A stretch of DNA of 64,000 nucleotides. Source: Camelus dromedarius (Eukaryota). How positions within the stretch are numbered: position 1 is the first letter of the stretch; the number at the start of each line of letters is the position of its first letter. The stretch lies in assembly GCF_036321535.1 (NCBI RefSeq), contig NC_087436.1, positions 9,362,001-9,426,000 on the forward strand. The letters are read 5' to 3'. Of the stretch, positions 51,601 through 64,000 are shown one piece after another. Made by a program: the position numbers and the translations under genes. Under the pieces are notes generated by a model. The model had not been told where the DNA came from, ran no database searches, and saw nothing but the letters and a program-made list of their open reading frames with translations.

Positions 51601-53517
51601 AATCATTGTGGTTTCCACGAGAAACATGATATTTTGTGCTTCTTCTCATACCATGTAACAGCCTCTTCTCATGCTGTTGGGTATCACTTGTTACAAAGGA
51701 TGCAACATTAAGTGAATACCTCTTCTCTACAGTGACATCTTCACCTTCTCTGTCACTGCTCCAACATCCCTCACCCCTTACCATGATCAAGTACACAGCT
51801 TGAGCTGATAATGACCTCATATTTCACCACGAAAATAGACGCTGTCAGAAACACTTCAGTCTCCTCAAAACTAAGCTTGTGAACATACCAACGTCTGCTT
51901 CTGTTTTTTTCTTCTTTTTCACCAAGAAGTACAAGAGACATCCATTAGTTTTCAGTTTCAGTCTCTTCTTGTGTGAGCTGAATTCTTTCTCACTTTATCA
52001 AGGATTTATATCTCCGTTATCCTTTCTGGATCCTTTTTCAGAAATTACATCTTCTTAAAGACAACAATAAAAAATCTGACACTTTTGCTCTCCTTTAAAA
52101 ATAGGAAAGGGAAGTCTCCTCTGATGGCCAAGAATATGACTAGCAAGTGTCTCCATGTTTGCTCTTTAGAACCAACTTTCCCAAATAGATACTGTGCCTT
52201 TCCAACATGCTATGAATTTTCTTCATGGGAAAATTTTAGCTCCCTCTGAAAAAACATCAGGAAAAGAATGTGGCTATCTCCTAGTATTCTCATTCTCTCT
52301 CATACAAACTCCTTTCCACTGTCTTACTGTCTTTGGATGAATGTTATGCCATACTTTTTCTTACGCATATTTAAGAGAATTTGATTTTTCTGGACCAGCT
52401 TTTCACAAGACTTTCCTGATGAGGTGAAGTGGTACCCAGTGAAACTTCACACCCAGCTCCGTCTTTTCCATGTCGAGGGCTGTCCCTCTGTCGTGACACT
52501 GACATATTCTTTTGTTAACATTTGGCATCTCTGGAAGGTTATACCTCTTATGCCTCTAAGAATTTACCAGGTTTAGAGAGTGTTCCTTTCCCAGCTATAA
52601 GCGCTTCAGTTCCTGCAAAAGGCACAAAGGGACAAAGCTCCTGCCTTCCAAAGTAATATATTTTCTTTTAGAAGGTGGATTTATTTGCTCATGTGTTTTC
52701 TGTTCTCCTCTGGGCTCCCCTAAGTACCTTTTACTTCACTCTTTCAGATCCCCGTTTTCATATACTATTCGATCTTACCCCTAATCGTAGCAATTTCCAT
52801 TCAAAGTGGTTTCTTCTAGAGAAAATAGTTTCAAAGACCTGGCTTCATTAGACCCCTCTGTTTCAGCCATGCTTTTTCTACTATATTGTTATAGCTTTTT
52901 GTAGGACCTGCTATATACTCTGATTATCAGAATTGCATTGGGGAATACTTACATATAAATTACAACCTGAGGTTTCCCCAGACCCTTAGTTTTTCTAAGA
53001 AATAATATATATTTTCTTCATTACATTGGATTGTTTCCACGAAAAGAAAGATGATTCAGAACTAACTGGCTACCATGTTTCCACTTGTAATGCGTTAGTA
53101 TAAATCTGAACAGAATCCTGCAGGAGGGTGGGAAAGTTTTTATAAATATTTGAAAAAAATAAAATAAACTTTTTTTTTCCCAACCTAGAGAATGAGCCAA
53201 AGCTGACAGATTTCTCTGTGAGTTTTTGTTTTTGTTTTAAATGACAGATTGTTTCTATTCTTTCTTTACACTGCGTCCTAGTTTTTTCATGGATTTTGGT
53301 TCCAACTTCTCTCTTTGAATAGATCAAGGTAATGTATGTTGTCTCTGCTGTTCATTAAAATCAAAACTGCCCGGATAGACAGTCTAACCTCTAAAGCAAC
53401 TAAAATTTTCACAATAGCAAATCCCTCTGGGTTTCTTTACTCTGTCTTTATTTCTGACCCTTAATTAGGTATGATGTCTGTATTTTCTGCAAATTCTGCA
53501 AATTTTCTGCAAAAAAT

Positions 53518-53620
53518 TTTTAAAAAATTTATTAAGGGGTAATTGACCTGTAACAGCATATTAGTTTTAAGTGTACAACATAATGATTCAAGATTTTATA
53601 TATTGTGAAATGATCACTGT
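53518..53620 (-). mobile_element. Short L1MA-type 3' end
   Basis: 'atattagttttaagtgtacaacataatgattcaagattttatatattgtgaaatgatcac'. Confidence 0.7.
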
Positions 53621-55104
53621 GGATGTTCTTTTTTTAAATGTTAATTTTTGAACTTTCCTAACATTTTGTAGCTGTTGGAGTTTTAATATAAGGAATTCTC
53701 CATATTACCCAAATAAAAATAAATCTGCATATCCTTTTTGATCTGGATTCAATCTCAATCACTGGAAAAATGACAATCGTTTACGACCTTCATTTTATCA
53801 AATCAAATAGTTAAAATCTCTCTCATCTTAATTGTAATTTAATTCTTAATCTCCTTTACAGTGGATTTTGTGGGTAAAAAAGCAAACAAAGACCTTATGA
53901 GTTTCCTAATAGACTTGATGGCCAATTCTCAGTTTCATTTTTTCCTCTCCATTTTTTCAGTTTCATTTTTTCTCAATGTCATTATTTTCATTCTGTACAC
54001 TGTTCTGGAGGTAATCACTTCATTCTCTTAGATTTAAATAAGTATAAATACTTATTCTGATGCATTTGCTGTATTTTCTAAACTTGGTAGAAATAATATA
54101 TTTGTATAGTAAGGAAATGGCATCTTAATAATACATTTTTATCTTTAATAAATGCCTTTCTTACACTATATATAACTGTGCCTTTAATATGAGAATCCAT
54201 AAAATGTATTGTTTCCAATATTAAGTTCTCAGATTTTATTATGTGTTTCCTTATTGTCTGAAAATGACAAATAACTAATCCAATATGGCAGTTTACGTTC
54301 TTAGGTCTCAGAAAATCATGAGTAATTCTTCTCCTTCAGTGTTTTTTTGCTGTTCAACTTGGGTCTCTCCTGTAAGTATCTACCCTTCTCCCTTTAGTCA
54401 TTCTGTGTTTCATTTATGCATCAGAGTAAACTTATTGTTTATCTTTGACACAGTCTTAGATACTTTCAAAATAGGAAAGCATTTAAATAGGGAAAACCAG
54501 TACTAGCTAAAGTCCTGGGTCATATTGTTTATTAAATATGTCAAAATATCAGAAATATAAATATACCTGAATATATCAAAATTTCAGTGCATTTGAAATA
54601 TAAAGCAATTTTATAAAAGTAACACATTCTACAAGTTTTTCTTTAAAGATTATGAGTGGGTGCCGTGAAATAAAACCCAATAATTTACTTAAGTGTAAGT
54701 GAATTGTAGCTAATGTAACATAATATACTTAGTTAGCTGATTGCTGTAATAGGTCTCTCTGACACTTCCCAAAATTCAGGAGTCATGCAAATACTTAAAT
54801 AGAAGAAACTCCAAAGTGTCATATTTTCAAGCTCTAGAATTTACCCACACACTGCATCGTTGCCAGGGCCCTTGAATCACAGCCCATTAAAGTATATATA
54901 AGGGTTATCTAGCCTCCGAAACAGTCAAATTTAGGAGGGAGTTGTTAAAGAATAAAAATTTTCCACAACAACAAAAAAACCAGAAGACGGGCGGAAGCAG
55001 ACTGATTCCTCGAAGAACCTGTTGCCGTCTCTTCCCACCACTCTGCACCCATCATGCCTAACCGTCTCTTGAGATTTGAGCAGGTTTATTGAACATGAGT
55101 CACA

Positions 55105-55257
55105 GCAAACTCAGACAAAGATGTACGACATTATTTCCATATAACTCAACTTGATTTCTGACTATGAGTCTACATTCTTCAGGGCTGACAAGAAAAATGA
55201 AAAGTCAGCGTTTACTAGACTTAAACTCACCTGCTTCTGGGATTCTGCTGCCATTAC
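55105..55257 (+). repeat. Local direct repeat, copy 1
   Basis: Core 55141-55244 aligns ungapped to 56792-56895 with 13 mismatches in 104 bp by hand count. Confidence 0.95.
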
Positions 55258-56014
55258 ATTCTTTTTTTTTTTGCAATCTCAACTCTTAAGCAGTAGTGAT
55301 GGGAATGGGTTACTGACCTCTGTTTTGATTTTCATGCATTTGTATTTCTGGTCCGATTATTCTAGAATACTCCCGCAGCATACTTGGGACACAGAATCTT
55401 GATCTTTGTAAGTCTGCATGTGGTCCCACATGCCTGGGTGCCACACAAGGGTCTTGCTTCCTCTTGGAAGTGATGCTGGCCTGCCTGTGGACAGGCGGCT
55501 TATCTTCTCTCTCTCCATCCACCCACGCTTCTCCTTCTCTCACTTGAGGAGATCTTTTACTCTTATGGGGAATCTGCTTTTCCCAAAACCACAATACTTC
55601 CTGGCTGTGCCCAATCTCCTAATGGATCAAACACCAGAAAAGACACGTGTACCCCTGAGCTCTCTGATCAGTGCATCACAAACATACCAGGAGCTAATAG
55701 GTACAGAGTCAGTATTCCTGTATTTTACTGAATGGTGATTTGAAAAAACATACCAAGAGGAAAAGAAAAAAAAAGCAAAATATTATCCATCTGCACACAG
55801 TAGTTAGTATCTTGCTTATGGTGATATCATAGACAATCTAGCTAAAATGCTCCAACGTGTTTAAAAATAGGTGGATACCAAAATAAAATCTCTAGCATAT
55901 TTTGCTGACTCCACTGCTTTATTCTGGACATTCTTATTCAGCTACATGATTTTACCCAAATGGGCTCTAATCAATGGTTTCTACAATTTTCTTTACTGTT
56001 TCGTATTGAACTGA

Positions 56015-56230
56015 GTTTTTTTTTTTAATTTTTTAATCAAAATTATATATGCGCATATTTAAAAAGTCAGGTAAGTACAAAGGTTGTTTATATAGTGAAA
56101 AGCAACAGAAGCCCTTGTTCTTCTGACACTGACCCCCAAGCCCTACTTCCCTGCTGCAGTCTTTCTTAAATTTGCCTTTTCTAGCAATTGCGCCCAAACT
56201 CTAACATGTTTATGCAGTTTTTTTTTTTTT
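56015..56230 (-). mobile_element. Old L1ME-type 3' end
   Basis: T-run, then 'aaaattatatatgcgcatatttaaaaagtcaggtaagtacaaaggttg...gtgaaaagcaacag'. Confidence 0.5.
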
Positions 56231-56755
56231 TTTTTTTTATGGATTTAGGGCTCCAAACCCCTCTGTCTCCTCTTCCTGCTTCCTCTCAATAGATTTATAT
56301 CATCCCTGTTCGTTATTTCAGTGGAGAAATTGTGTTCTTGGCGGTGGAGTCTACTCCTTGCTGGGCAGGCTACATGCTCAGGAGGACGGACTTGGAGGTG
56401 CCAAGTGACGCCCTCAGTTAAGCAACCTAGTTTCTGTCTCAGTTTTCATTTCTTTCTTCCAACACGTGCAACATTTAAGTGCTGAGCTTCTCTGTGGTTC
56501 AGTGGAGATTAGTTCCCGTTACATACGTGAACTTTTCCACATACCAGGCTGTGGCTTCCTGTCTCTTGCTCCATCCAGTTTACTCTTCTAGAATCTTTAC
56601 CTTCCCTAAACATATTTCTTCCAGAAATTTTTATTCCCCTGATACAGCCTCTCTCATTCTTTCATTTTGTGCAGTCTTAGATTGCAACAAAATAAGAAAT
56701 GAAAACAACTAGCACAAACCAACAAAAATAAGGTTAGAGTTAAAGTTAAGGTTAG

Positions 56756-56908
56756 GCAAACTCTGACAAAGACATTCAATAACATTTTTTTATAACTCAA
56801 CTTGATTTCTGACTGTGTATCTACATTCTTCAAGGCTGACAAGAAAAATGAAAAGGCAACTCTCACTAGATTTAAACGTAACTGCTTCTGGGATTTCACC
56901 ACAATTAC
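56756..56908 (+). repeat. Local direct repeat, copy 2
   Basis: Shares 'gcaaactc(a/t)gacaaaga' and the 104-bp core with copy 1. Confidence 0.95.
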
Positions 56909-58334
56909 GGTGTCTTTTATGGTGTCTTGGTAAAACCAAAATTAACTTCTACAATCATCATAATTTTAGTGAACGCTCTAGGAAAAAGATAATATAAAGA
57001 TTTTTGATTAATCTGCCTCTTGAACAGTCACAGCTCTTTAAACACTTCTTTAACCCTCTCCGTTAAACTTTCCATCCCTTTCTCTCCATCATGCTTAAAA
57101 AAATGCTGCCATTTTAGATGATGTAAAAGATGACACTACTTATTATTTTATAAATTATCTATCACTGTGTGCTTTATGCTGATTTAACATAGACCTATGT
57201 GGTCCAACATTAATTAAAGCTACCTCCCCAGGAACAAATATGAAAAAAAAAATGACAAGGAAAATATTTTAGAATGAAAAGCAATTTTAATTATGAAAAA
57301 GTAAACATTAAAAAAAATCATAGATACAGTTACAACTTCTATTGCAACTGATCACTCTAATGGGATCGTGTTTCACATCCTTTCAGAGTGCAGAGTGGAG
57401 GCTTGCTAATTACTTCCCTCTTTTCCACAGAAGTGGGGATCTGAGCGACTTAGATTTCTCTTTAGTTTTTAAGACTGAAATTTTCACATTCAGATTTGTG
57501 GATTCTCTTGGAAAATTAAGAGACTCTCAAAACTCTGGACCTGCTTTTCCCCTTCAGTATTATTCACAATAAATTGGAGTTCAAGACAGACAGTATAGAT
57601 CAGGTTGCCATAGTTCCTGCGTGTATTTTTCAACTCAACTTTCAAAGGGTTGCACTTAATTACATTTTATAGTTGGTTCCTATAGTCATTTTAATTTATT
57701 ACACAATGAAAGATATGTGTATATAGACACACTTATAGATATAGCTAGACATATACTAAAAGAAAAAGAAACAATATTAATTTGATAGTGCTGAATATAT
57801 TCAAGTGTTTTATTGGCAATATTTTGATACATTTTCTTCATCTTTTTGGATTAAAAATTGAGCTGCTGTTAAATGATGGGTGCTAAGGAGCTCCACTCTG
57901 AAATGCCAGCCTGATCCACACACTGGAAGCACTGTTTGCTGTTTTCTGCTGAACAATCTGGACAAATTCACCGTGGGTACTCTCTCAAATGGCACAGCTG
58001 ACATTAACATATAGAGAAGCACAAACTTGCCTTACATCTTCTTAGTCTCAGCTAACCTGGCTTCAGGAAGAGAATCAAAATGCAGGTCACTACAGCAGAG
58101 ATGCCGTGCTTACAATCTATCTGGAAACATCTTATTGAAGTCAGCGTCACAGGTGGTTGGTTACCATGAAGATCTTTTAGAAAATAATCAGAAATTAAAT
58201 GTAACTCCTAGGATTACAAGAACAAAACCTCTACTGTGTATTTGAAGTTCAGACCCATGTACCTGCTACTTAATTTCCATTTTCTGGTTTTTTATTTATT
58301 CTTTTTGCTTCCTCTCCTCCAAATTCTAGAAAAG

Positions 58335-58535
58335 TCATTTACACACTGTGTGTTGCAACTCATCAGTGGGTAGTGAAATACATGCACTGTATTTTTGCAC
58401 TTTTAAATGAAATAAATAGGATGGAGTGGAATAGAAACCATCACAGCACATCCTCACATGGTCTCTTAGCAACAGCTGTGTACATTGCAATAAATGGGTC
58501 ATGCTATGAAATGTAGATTTTTAAAAGTTTTTAAG
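58335..58535. mobile_element. Probable hAT-Charlie MITE relic
   Basis: 'gttgcaactcatcagtgggtagtgaaat...aaatgaaataaataggatggagtggaatagaa...aaatgggtcatg...aaaagttt' resembles Charlie MITEs as I recall them. Confidence 0.4.
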
Positions 58536-60761
58536 GCAAAAAAAAAACAGTAAATGTAAGATTTTATTTTAGAAATCTATGTACAAGGCAAATGCTTGAA
58601 GGAAAAAAGTGATTATTGCTGCCCAAGGTTTTTTCTCTGCCATAAATAAAAATGACATATAGGCTTCTGAATCAGAACACACATCACCTTTGATTTTTCT
58701 TCTTTTTCTCTTCATTCTTTAGACTATCTCACCCCCAAATTAATTTGCTCATTCTAAACATAATTAAATGTGCCTACAGAATGTGAAAATCTACTGTAAA
58801 ATAGAAAAATATTATAATTTGACTTCTTAAAAATTGCTTTTAAGCACATGCCCTATTTTGGAATTACCAGGAGATAGAGTGAATCAAAATATAAATAAGA
58901 ATTTCTCTTTGTAAATTGCTAGATTATCTTTTTTGTTGTCTTAGACACTAAATCCTTCCTTGATGAGAATTTTGCCCCCTACACTTAGCTCTCTTCCGTC
59001 TCAAACCTCACCATCAGATCTACTTCCAGAAACGTAAACAGATTTATAGCAACTAATATAAAGACAGGCACTCAGTGGACACTCCATAAATATTTGTTAA
59101 TTATAACTTTGTCTTGACCAGATTGCTCAGATAATTGCTTTAAATCTCCTGTAGCAATTTAGTTACACTGCATGGAATTTGGTATGTCAATTAGAAACAC
59201 CCTTCCCAAATTTGCATATAGGCAGATGAGACTTTCATCAAATTAATTTAGATCCTTTTATAACAGACTATGACAATATTTTGAGGTCCAAATGAACCTG
59301 AGACTAAAAATGTTGAACTATATCATAACTAATCCTGACTATGCCAGAAACCCTTATTACATTCCATCTGCATCTGGAGTGTTTTAGGTTGGAGAATATT
59401 AAATCAATAAATTTATGATTCCATCTGTCAAAAGTCTATAAAGCCTAAAAATACTACCAAATGTAATATTAAAAATAGACTTCCGAGTCTGCCTGTGTTA
59501 ATAAGGAGATACATGAGCAAACAATGTAAAATCACACACGGTTCACTTTTCCTTCAGTGAATTTTGTTCTTTCTTTTAACAGATATACTGCATATTTCTT
59601 AACTTTAACATTCTCTCTGCATCTTCTGGGAATTTGTCTAACAATGTAATCTGCAACATTATGGTTTCTCTTTCCTCCCAGACACACGTATTTGCAATGT
59701 TTTTTTCATGTTTTGAAAACAAAGTACTCAAATAGATAAGTGTGTACTTTTAAAAATTAAAAAAAAAATGAAAGATAGAAATGCAATAAAATATACATTA
59801 AACATTCATGACATCGTCTAGACTCTCGCCGTTTACATGCTTTCATCAAATGTCCAAATATGGAGTAACTTTATAATTCTTTTTCAATGCAGAGTTCTTC
59901 CATGGAGGCCATTAATTAAAATCTTAATTTTTAAGAATCCTCCAGTTGCCTTAAGTGCCTCCTTCAGGAAATTACAAATCATTTTCTGACTTATTTTCCA
60001 TCTCTATTGATATTTTGTTTATAGGTGAAGAACTGGAGAGGGAATCACCTCTGTGAAATACTTTTCCCAACAAAACAGACCTTCTCTAGAGGCCAAATTA
60101 ATTTTGTTATCAAAGCAGTCCAGCCACCACCAGGCAGGAGTATTGGTATATTAAAAACCTCCCAGATTCCAGGAGGGCCATCTCTGAAGTCTGGTCACAC
60201 TGATTCACTTTTCATCTCGTCCTGAACTCAAAGAAGGGCAGAGCAGATCTGGATTATCCACTAGAAGGCACTCAGACAGAGCCAGAGAGGATGCGCTGCT
60301 TCTGAATGAACTCACTCAGACTGCAGAACAGTCATTGTAGACACCAAAGTAACCCTTTAGCCCATTGGCTACCATGGTCACGAGAGGAATTCCTGTAGTC
60401 GGTATTGACCAATTGCTTGGATATATTTTCCCCCATCCTCATAAATATTTCATTCCATTTTGCCTATGTAAAAACCTGAAGATATTTCTCTAAAAATTGG
60501 GGAAAATATTTTCTTCATCTGAAGTTATCCTCATTCAAAAGTACTCTATTATTTAAATGCATCTGTTCTTCACTTGTTTTCTTTATTCTCCTCTAAAAAT
60601 TAAAACTACTTATTTTATGGAATTGTAAGCACGTTCATTCTATTTAAGAGTTAAGAACAAAATCAAATTGGATACATCCAAATCTTACTTCTTTACATGT
60701 CATTGCAAACATCATCCTATTTTGATCCCTTTCTAGGTGTGTGTATATGTTCTAAGTTTCT

Positions 60762-61347
60762 TTTTTTAATTAAATTTTATGTTTTATTATTCTTTTTTGA
60801 ATTGAAGTATAGTCAGTTACAATGTGTCAATTTCTGGTGTACAGCACAATGTCCCAGTTATGCATATACATACATATATTCATTTTCATATTTTTTGTTA
60901 AAGGTTATTATGAGATATTGAATATAGTTCCCTGTGGTATACAGAAGAAACTTGTTTTTTTTCCTTTTAATCTATTTTTATATATAGTAGCTAATATTTG
61001 CAAATCTCAAACTCCCAAATTTATCCCTTCCCACTCCCTTTCCCCAGTAACCATAAGATTGTTTACTATGTCTGTGAGTATATTTCTGTTTTGCAGGTGA
61101 GTTCGAAGTGTCCTTTTTTTTTCTTTTTTTTTTTAGATTCCACATATGAGTGATATCATATGGTATTTTTCTTTCTCTTTCTGGCTCACTTCAGTTAGAA
61201 TGACGATCTCTAGGTTCAACCATGTTACTGCAAATGGCATTATTGTATTCTTCTTTATGGCTGAGTAGTATTCCATTGTATAAATATACCACAGCTTCTT
61301 TATCCAGTCATCTGTCGATGGACATTTAGGTTGTTTTCATGTCTTGT
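60762..61347 (-). mobile_element. Young 5'-truncated L1 (ORF2 end plus 3'UTR)
   Basis: 'ttgaagtatagtcagttacaatgtgtcaatttctggtgtacagc...ccatgttactgcaaatggcatt...atccagtcatctgtcgatggacatttaggttg'; reverse-complement homologous to 46010-46585. Confidence 0.95.
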
Positions 61348-62124
61348 CATTCTTAGATTTTACCCTCCTATTGAACAAAAGTTGAAAAACAGACAATAAT
61401 GCAACAAAATAAATCAACACCTAAAAGAAAAATGCATAGTAAACAAAGGAGATTTTGAAGGTTTTATGGGGAAAAAAAATGCAATAAGAAATTTAGATAA
61501 AAATCTAAGAATGGCATAATTCAGTTTCTTTCACAATATACTGCAATGGGGACTGATCACATCCCTACAGCCCCTCAAAAACAGTAGAGTAAAAGAAAAT
61601 AAAGTGAAATGAGACACTCAGAATTTACTTTGATTTTCTCTGAAGCATGTCTTTACTCATCAACTATTTACCACAGGCCTATTATGTAGAACAATTGAAA
61701 GTGTTGGGTTCCAGGTGCTAACAAATTAGGAATAAGGATTACTCAAAAAAAATATGAATATACTTAAATTATATGATGAAATGACTTCAGCCAAACTTTG
61801 ACGCCTTGAATCAACAGCAGGACACCTGGGCTTGCCACTGGACGTATGTTTCTGGACTTCAGTCTCCTCTTGAAAACTGAAAGAATTGATTTCTGCATAA
61901 ATTCTGAAATTCCTGTTTTGCATAAATTAATGCTTTTGATTTCCATTATCAATATTGTCAATCCACATTCTCTTCAATCTTGAGCTATACAAAAGTGATC
62001 AAACACAACAAAATAATTACTAAACCAAGAACACATATACATGGTGATAGTGCACATGGTTTTATGTTAGGGGTTTCTCACACTAAAGCACTTTGACTGT
62101 GATTGGCAGTAAAATGCTCTGTTG

Positions 62125-62900
62125 CCAAATGCTGTCAATCCTCCCTCACACGTGTCTTCCAAGTTCAGCTTACTCTCTGCATCCACCTGTCACTACCTAT
62201 GTCTGGATCCTCAATATTTCTCCCCTGGATGATTACAATGATCGCCTCATCAACTTTCTTAACTGACACCCCATTTGTCCCTTACTCTAGTTTACCCTCT
62301 ACAGAGCTCTTAGTTATCTTTCTAAAAGGAAAATGGTCCATGCCACCCAGCTGCTGAAGAACTTTATTATATACCATATAGAATCCAAATTCCATACCTT
62401 GACAAGATCTATCCTCAACCTGTTACACATTGTCATCTTAAACCAACACCTTTTAGACCCAGCCCCCAACTTCATTGCTCCTACTACATGATCTTCCTTG
62501 ACTTTTCTGCATATGCCAGCCCTCGTTGCAACACGTTGCTTCCAGGGTGCCTGGAATATGGTTGATACTCAGTAACTATTTCTTGACGGAGCAAATGAAT
62601 AGATTTAATGCTGTTGCTTTCACTTGGTGTATACAAACTTCCGTATCTCCTTCCAGTCAAAGTCATTTTTTTAAGCTCAATTTAAGTATCACTTCTGCAT
62701 TCCCCCTTGACTTACCCAGACAGGAAGTTGTTCCACTCTTGCTTCTGCAGAATTTCAGTAAGTTATCTTCAATAGCACTAACATATATTCTGCTATCTGT
62801 TTATGTTTAAATCAGAATATATGTGTGTGTATATATATATATTCAATACTTAGTCTCTCCCAGGAACATACAAAAAACTCAATAAATGTTGGATCAATAA
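62125..62900 (+). mobile_element. L2 fragments with two 3' ends
   Basis: 'cccctggatgattacaatgatcgcctc', 'cagggtgcctggaatatggttgatactcagtaactatttcttgacggagcaaatgaat' and 'actcaataaatgttgga'. Confidence 0.75.
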
Positions 62901-63671
62901 TATCTATATAAATACTATAAGAAATAAAATTACATATTTATTAATTTATAACTGACAAAATATTTCCTATAATCTATGAGAAAATATAATGAATTATCAT
63001 TTCAAAATCTGGCATTGAAATATTTAATTTAAGTAAATTATCTACTATAAAAGCCAGAATATGATCAGTCATTATATAATATGAGAAAAATAAATCCATT
63101 TGAAGGTCTACATAGGACTTATCAAAATAGTACAAAACTGATTATTCTGATAACCATAGTAGCAAAGATTTTTTGAAAGTTTAAAATTAATTGATACTTA
63201 GAATATATTGGTGGAAAGTACATTACTTTCAATTAGTAAGTTTAAATTATACAGAATCATAACACTGAAGTAATATTTTAATTAAAACGCAATATTATAA
63301 AGTAAAATATATATCTATTTTTGGTAAAGAAGATTCAAAACTAAAGTTGTAGCCACATCTCCCATGACAACTCGTGAAAGTGGAAGTATGTAAAAATTAT
63401 TTGAATTCAGTGATTTCAGTATCAAATTCTCAATGTTACTATCTATGACCATTTAAAAAAATATGATGGTGCCTCAGTAGGTCATGAGTGCCTTTAAAAT
63501 ATATACTTAAATTATCCTTCAATCAGAAAAATACATATATCTTTTCTTTTAGTAATGGGTTTCTGAAAAATGGAACAAAAACATTTTCACTCAAGTTTGT
63601 ATGTATGTGAGCATCAGTAGTCACTTAGCTTACTCTACTCCTTGTGATCACAAAATTTAGAGACTTTCATT

Positions 63672-64000
63672 ATTTTTAAAAATCAATTTTTATTGAAGTA
63701 TAAAATTGACTTACAATATTACATTCATTTCAGGTTTACCAAATATTGATTGCATATTTTATACATCACCATGGTAAGTCTATTTACCATCCGTCACCAT
63801 ACAAAGTTATCACAATATAACTGACTATATTTCATGTGATGTACATTGCAACTCTGTGACTTATTTAGTTCATAATTGGAAGTTTGTACCTCTCAATCCC
63901 CTTCACATATTTTGCCCAATTCCCCATCCCCTCCCCTCTGGCAACCACAAGTTTTTTCCTCTATATCTATAAGTATGCTTTTGTTTTATTGTCTTTGCTT
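63672..64000 (-). mobile_element. L1MA-type 3' end, running off the window
   Basis: 'tttttattgaagtataaaattgacttacaatatt...ccatccgtcaccatacaaagtt...ggaagtttgtacctctcaatcccc...ccctctggcaaccac'. Confidence 0.85.

Noticed and set aside
53484..53516. Three near-tandem ttctgcaaa units
   Set aside because: Ordinary slippage next to an L1 tail, with no spacer structure.
55184..55260. Minus-strand mini gene start MAAESQKQ|GTGAGT spliced to the nearby acceptor
   Set aside because: The implied intron is only ~45 nt, too short for mammals, and I do not recognise the peptide. Kept only as a note on the duplication.
1..64000. CRISPR arrays, operons, tRNA or rRNA genes, prokaryotic systems
   Set aside because: The sequence is mammalian repeat-rich DNA; I saw no repeat-spacer array, dense coding or structured RNA gene.

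Overview
AT-rich mammalian genomic DNA dominated by transposable-element relics. I recognise no host protein-coding exon, RNA gene or CpG island, so it looks intergenic or deep-intronic. The young LINE-1 3' ends and the lack of ruminant, pig, whale, carnivore, primate or rodent SINEs suggest a cetartiodactyl, most likely a camelid (inference from recalled consensus sequences). Main contents: an internally deleted ERV-L/MLT2 provirus (~24990-29170, minus) with readable pol motifs and a Tigger3 inside its 3' LTR; an older ERV-L pol relic (~4000-6050); several solo LTRs; about nine lineage-restricted 5'-truncated L1 copies, including a twin-primed inversion and three ~80-115 bp tails with target-site duplications (TSDs); many old L1M/HAL1, L2 and MIR fragments; and microsatellites. 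The least explained structure is a 104-bp ungapped direct repeat (87.5% identity, 1651 bp apart) whose second copy abuts degenerate telomere-like hexamers. I found no convincing new biological system. Family names are from memory, not a database search, and boundaries of old elements are approximate.
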